Below, piece after piece: positions 29,799 to 32,000 of a DNA stretch of 32,000 bases (position 1 is its first letter; the number at the start of each line of letters is the position of its first letter). The stretch lies in contig NZ_JAIVFX010000034.1 in assembly GCF_020829625.1 (NCBI RefSeq), positions 37,633 to 69,632 of the forward strand. The letters are read 5' to 3'. Below the pieces are notes generated by a model. The model was not told the origin of the DNA. It worked only from the letters and a program-made list of their open reading frames with translations, and searched no databases. Position numbers and translations under genes: made by a program. Source of the stretch: Nostoc sp. XA010 (GTDB lineage: Bacteria > Cyanobacteriota > Cyanobacteriia > Cyanobacteriales > Nostocaceae).

Positions 29799-30095
29799 AT
29801 GACTGAAGCAAGGGTCGGCAAAGACCAACAACATCCTCTTTATAGCCGCGATCGCCCCCTTATTGATATTTTACTCTCTCAAGAGGCGACAGACTATAAC
29901 TTAGCAGAATTAGCTAGGCTGCGAATGCGTTATCAAGGGTTTCCAGGGGCAAGAGATATCCAAAAAGACCTAGATAAAGCCTTGCAGCAGTGGGGTTTGA
30001 CCGAAGCCGAGCTTTTTGAGAAAACTCGCCAAATTCACAATCTGGGGGGTATTTACAAAAGTCGTGGCAAGAAAGAGGAACAGGATTGGAATTAG
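29799..30095 (+). CDS. Small conserved cyanobacterial protein (DUF3288-like)
   Basis: The 98-aa ORF reads ...HPLYSRDRPLIDILLSQEATDYNLAELARLRMRYQGFPGARDIQKDLDKALQQWGLTEAELFEKTRQIH... The family name is recalled from memory and is not verified. Confidence 0.55.
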   Translation: MTEARVGKDQQHPLYSRDRPLIDILLSQEATDYNLAELARLRMRYQGFPGARDIQKDLDKALQQWGLTEAELFEKTRQIHNLGGIYKSRGKKEEQDWN

Positions 30096-30417
30096 GAAGG
30101 GGGCATGGGGCATTCAAAAGATGCAGGGGGCGCGGTGCGGGGGGCAGAGGAGATAAATTCTCCCTTGCTCCCCGCTCCCCTGCCTCTTCGGTCAAACATC
30201 TACAAATTAACCTTGCTTTTCTCAAAAAGAATTGGAGTACAGTCTCTTCTTTGAGAGGGCGAGTTAAAATACCCACCCCAAGAAAATAAATATTTTGGCG
30301 TTCCAGAACAGTAAGATGAATTGGGGCAAGCAGGGGAAGGAGAAGGGGAATTTTGGAAGTTGCTAAATTATCCCGTTTTCTCTGCAACGCTAATATTTTT
30401 GTCAGTGAAATGCAGGT

Positions 30418-31506
30418 CTACAAAATCTTACACTGCCCATGATGCCTTAACAAATGGTCACACAGTACCAACGCCACCATTGCCTCAACCATTGGAACTG
30501 CACGCGGTAATACACAAGGATCGTGGCGTCCTTTGGCTGCTAAGAGCGTTTCTTCGCCTTCACGAGTTACAGTCTTCTGCTCTTTTCTAATTGTTGCTGT
30601 CGGCTTAAATGCAACTCGCAAAATGATATTTTCTCCGTTGGAAATTCCCCCTTGAATACCACCAGAACGGTTTGTTAGTGTGCGGATTTCACCATTTGAA
30701 TCAATATAAAATTCGTCGTTATGCTCAATTCCCGTTAGCAACGTTCCCCCAAAACCGGAACCAATTTCAAAGCCTTTGCTAGCAGGAAGAGACATGACAC
30801 CTTTGGCGATATCAGCTTCTAATTTATCAAATACTGGTTCGCCCAAACCTTTCGGCACATTTCGCGCCACACATTCTACTACACCACCGATAGAATCACC
30901 TTGTTTACCTATTTGCTCAATTAATTCAATCATGCGATCGCCGCATTCAGCATCGGGACAGCGCACAATATTGCTTTCCACTTGTTCTAAGGTGACAGTA
31001 TTTGGATCAACTACACCTTCCAAGTCTTTGATGCGCTTAACGTAAGCGATAACTTCGACATTGGCGACTTGACGAAGAATTTTTTTAGCGATCGCACCTG
31101 CTGCGACTCTTCCGATTGTCTCACGCGCTGAGGATCTACCCCCACCTTGCCAATTGCGAATGCCATATTTGGCATCATAAGTTGCATCTGCATGAGAGGG
31201 CCGATATTTCTCAGACATCTCGTCGTAGTCTTGGGGACGAGTATCTTTGTTCCGCACTAAAATTGATATAGGCGTTCCCAAAGTTTTGCCCTCAAATACC
31301 CCTGATAAAATCTCGCAGGTATCCGCTTCTTTGCGAGGCGTTGTAATCTTACTTTGCCCAGGACGTCTTCTATCTAGTTCTACTTGAATTTCTTCTGCCG
31401 AAATTTCTAGTTGGGGAGGACAACCATCAATCACAACCCCCACACCGCCGCCGTGAGATTCACCAAAAGTACTGATGCGAAATAGATGACCAAAAATATT
31501 GCCCAT
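30418..31506 (-). CDS. aroC: Chorismate synthase
   Basis: The 362-aa ORF begins [31 protein letters not shown] and contains ...[39 protein letters not shown]... These are diagnostic AroC motifs. Confidence 0.95.
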   Translation of the reverse strand: MGNIFGHLFRISTFGESHGGGVGVVIDGCPPQLEISAEEIQVELDRRRPGQSKITTPRKEADTCEILSGVFEGKTLGTPISILVRNKDTRPQDYDEMSEKYRPSHADATYDAKYGIRNWQGGGRSSARETIGRVAAGAIAKKILRQVANVEVIAYVKRIKDLEGVVDPNTVTLEQVESNIVRCPDAECGDRMIELIEQIGKQGDSIGGVVECVARNVPKGLGEPVFDKLEADIAKGVMSLPASKGFEIGSGFGGTLLTGIEHNDEFYIDSNGEIRTLTNRSGGIQGGISNGENIILRVAFKPTATIRKEQKTVTREGEETLLAAKGRHDPCVLPRAVPMVEAMVALVLCDHLLRHHGQCKIL

Positions 31507-31764
31507 GATTTTGAAAAAGAAGGTGAGGCTTATGTATTCTACCTAGAGTTCTTACAAAGTTTGTCTTTGTTTTTTGTATAATTTTTCGCTATTTTTTAGT
31601 AATTATCAACAATGTCTAGGAGTTTTTATCGAACTGCAATAACAGTATCTGTACTAAGGGACTTCCAAATAAAAAAATGTTCCAAAACTGACGCAAAAAC
31701 TCTCTCTATTCCTCCTCTCTCTGTATTTTCTGTGTCTCTAATTTATTTCTTGGAGTCCCTAACT

Positions 31765-31798
31765 TAAATTAAAAGCGCCCTCCCTTTTGGAAGAGCGC
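31765..31798 (-). terminator. Rho-independent terminator of psbA
   Basis: The minus-strand RNA reads GCGCUCUUCC-AAAA-GGGAGGGCGC followed by UUUUAAUUU. The two non-Watson-Crick positions are G-U wobbles on the minus-strand transcript but C-A mismatches on the plus strand. The hairpin is therefore strand-specific. Confidence 0.6.
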
Positions 31799-31823
31799 TT
31801 TATTATTTAGCTAAACTTAAGAA

Positions 31824-32000
31824 TTAACCGTTAATAGAAGGAGCGGTCATTGCTACAGGAGCAACATCTAAAGCCGCCAAATCTAAGGGGAAGTTGTGAG
31901 CGTTACGCTCGTGCATTACTTCCATACCCAGGTTAGCCCGGTTGATTACATCAGCCCAAGTGCTGATGACGCGACCGCTTGAATCAATAATTGATTGGTT
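31824..32000 (-). CDS. psbA: Photosystem II D1 protein, C-terminal 58 codons; the gene continues beyond the right edge
   Basis: Not in the track because it is partial. The reverse-strand translation is [58 protein letters not shown]. It includes the ...HNFPLDLA processing site and a 16-residue extension. Confidence 0.95.
   Translation of the reverse strand, partial: NQSIIDSSGRVISTWADVINRANLGMEVMHERNAHNFPLDLAALDVAPVAMTAPSING

Noticed and set aside
29914-30590. ORFs 29914-30387 (-), 30086-30289 (+) and 30321-30590 (+) between the DUF3288-like gene and aroC
   Set aside because: They run through G-rich and C-rich low-complexity repeat DNA (GGGGCAT-type heptamers, GGGGAAGGAGAAGGGGA). They overlap each other and the ends of well-supported genes, and their products are Gly/Arg/Pro-rich with no motif. 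I treat them as non-coding.
31657-31760. Imperfect inverted repeat AGGGACTTCCAAATAAA / TTTATTTCTTGGAGTCCCT upstream of aroC
   Set aside because: The arms match only approximately and are about 70 nt apart around a polypyrimidine tract. This is too weak to call a regulatory site or mobile element without comparative data.

Overview
This window is chromosomal DNA from a filamentous, Nostoc/Anabaena-type cyanobacterium. I count 24 exact copies of the HIP1 octamer GCGATCGC. There are also many 7-bp STRR-type tandem arrays and several small dispersed repeat or MITE-like families. A psbA (D1) 3' end carries the cyanobacterial 16-residue C-terminal extension. Housekeeping genes flank both sides. The left side has a chrA fragment, an S9 peptidase, a RecQ-like helicase and a large PAS hybrid histidine kinase. 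The right side has a fused pyrF-pyrE, an AI-2E transporter, clpC, a DUF3288-like gene, aroC and psbA. The centre (about 9.0-19.6 kb) looks like an accessory, conflict-system-rich stretch. It holds an XPB-like SF2 helicase with a DUF790 (Bax1-like) nuclease, a VapBC-type toxin-antitoxin (TA) pair and a PD-(D/E)XK nuclease. It also holds an NB-ARC/TPR (bacterial NLR-like) STAND protein, a HicB/HicA pair and an AAA_35-type ATPase with an N-terminal HTH-like module. The most interesting locus is the NLR. A 139-aa N-terminal module has a hydrophobic head and an N/Q/G-rich tail. It lies in the same frame as the NB-ARC/TPR body and is separated from it by one UGA. The 75 nt after that stop stay open and encode a typical pre-NB-ARC linker. 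The sensor region is ten almost identical 126-bp TPR units whose differences fall on a few codons. Other notable points are a helically phased array of eight 13-bp palindromes downstream of the NLR and a 29-bp dispersed repeat inserted in frame in two histidine kinases. One of those kinases has Asn where the phospho-acceptor His is expected. A small ORF also resembles a double-glycine-leader peptide precursor. All functional calls rest on motifs read by eye, and no database search was possible.
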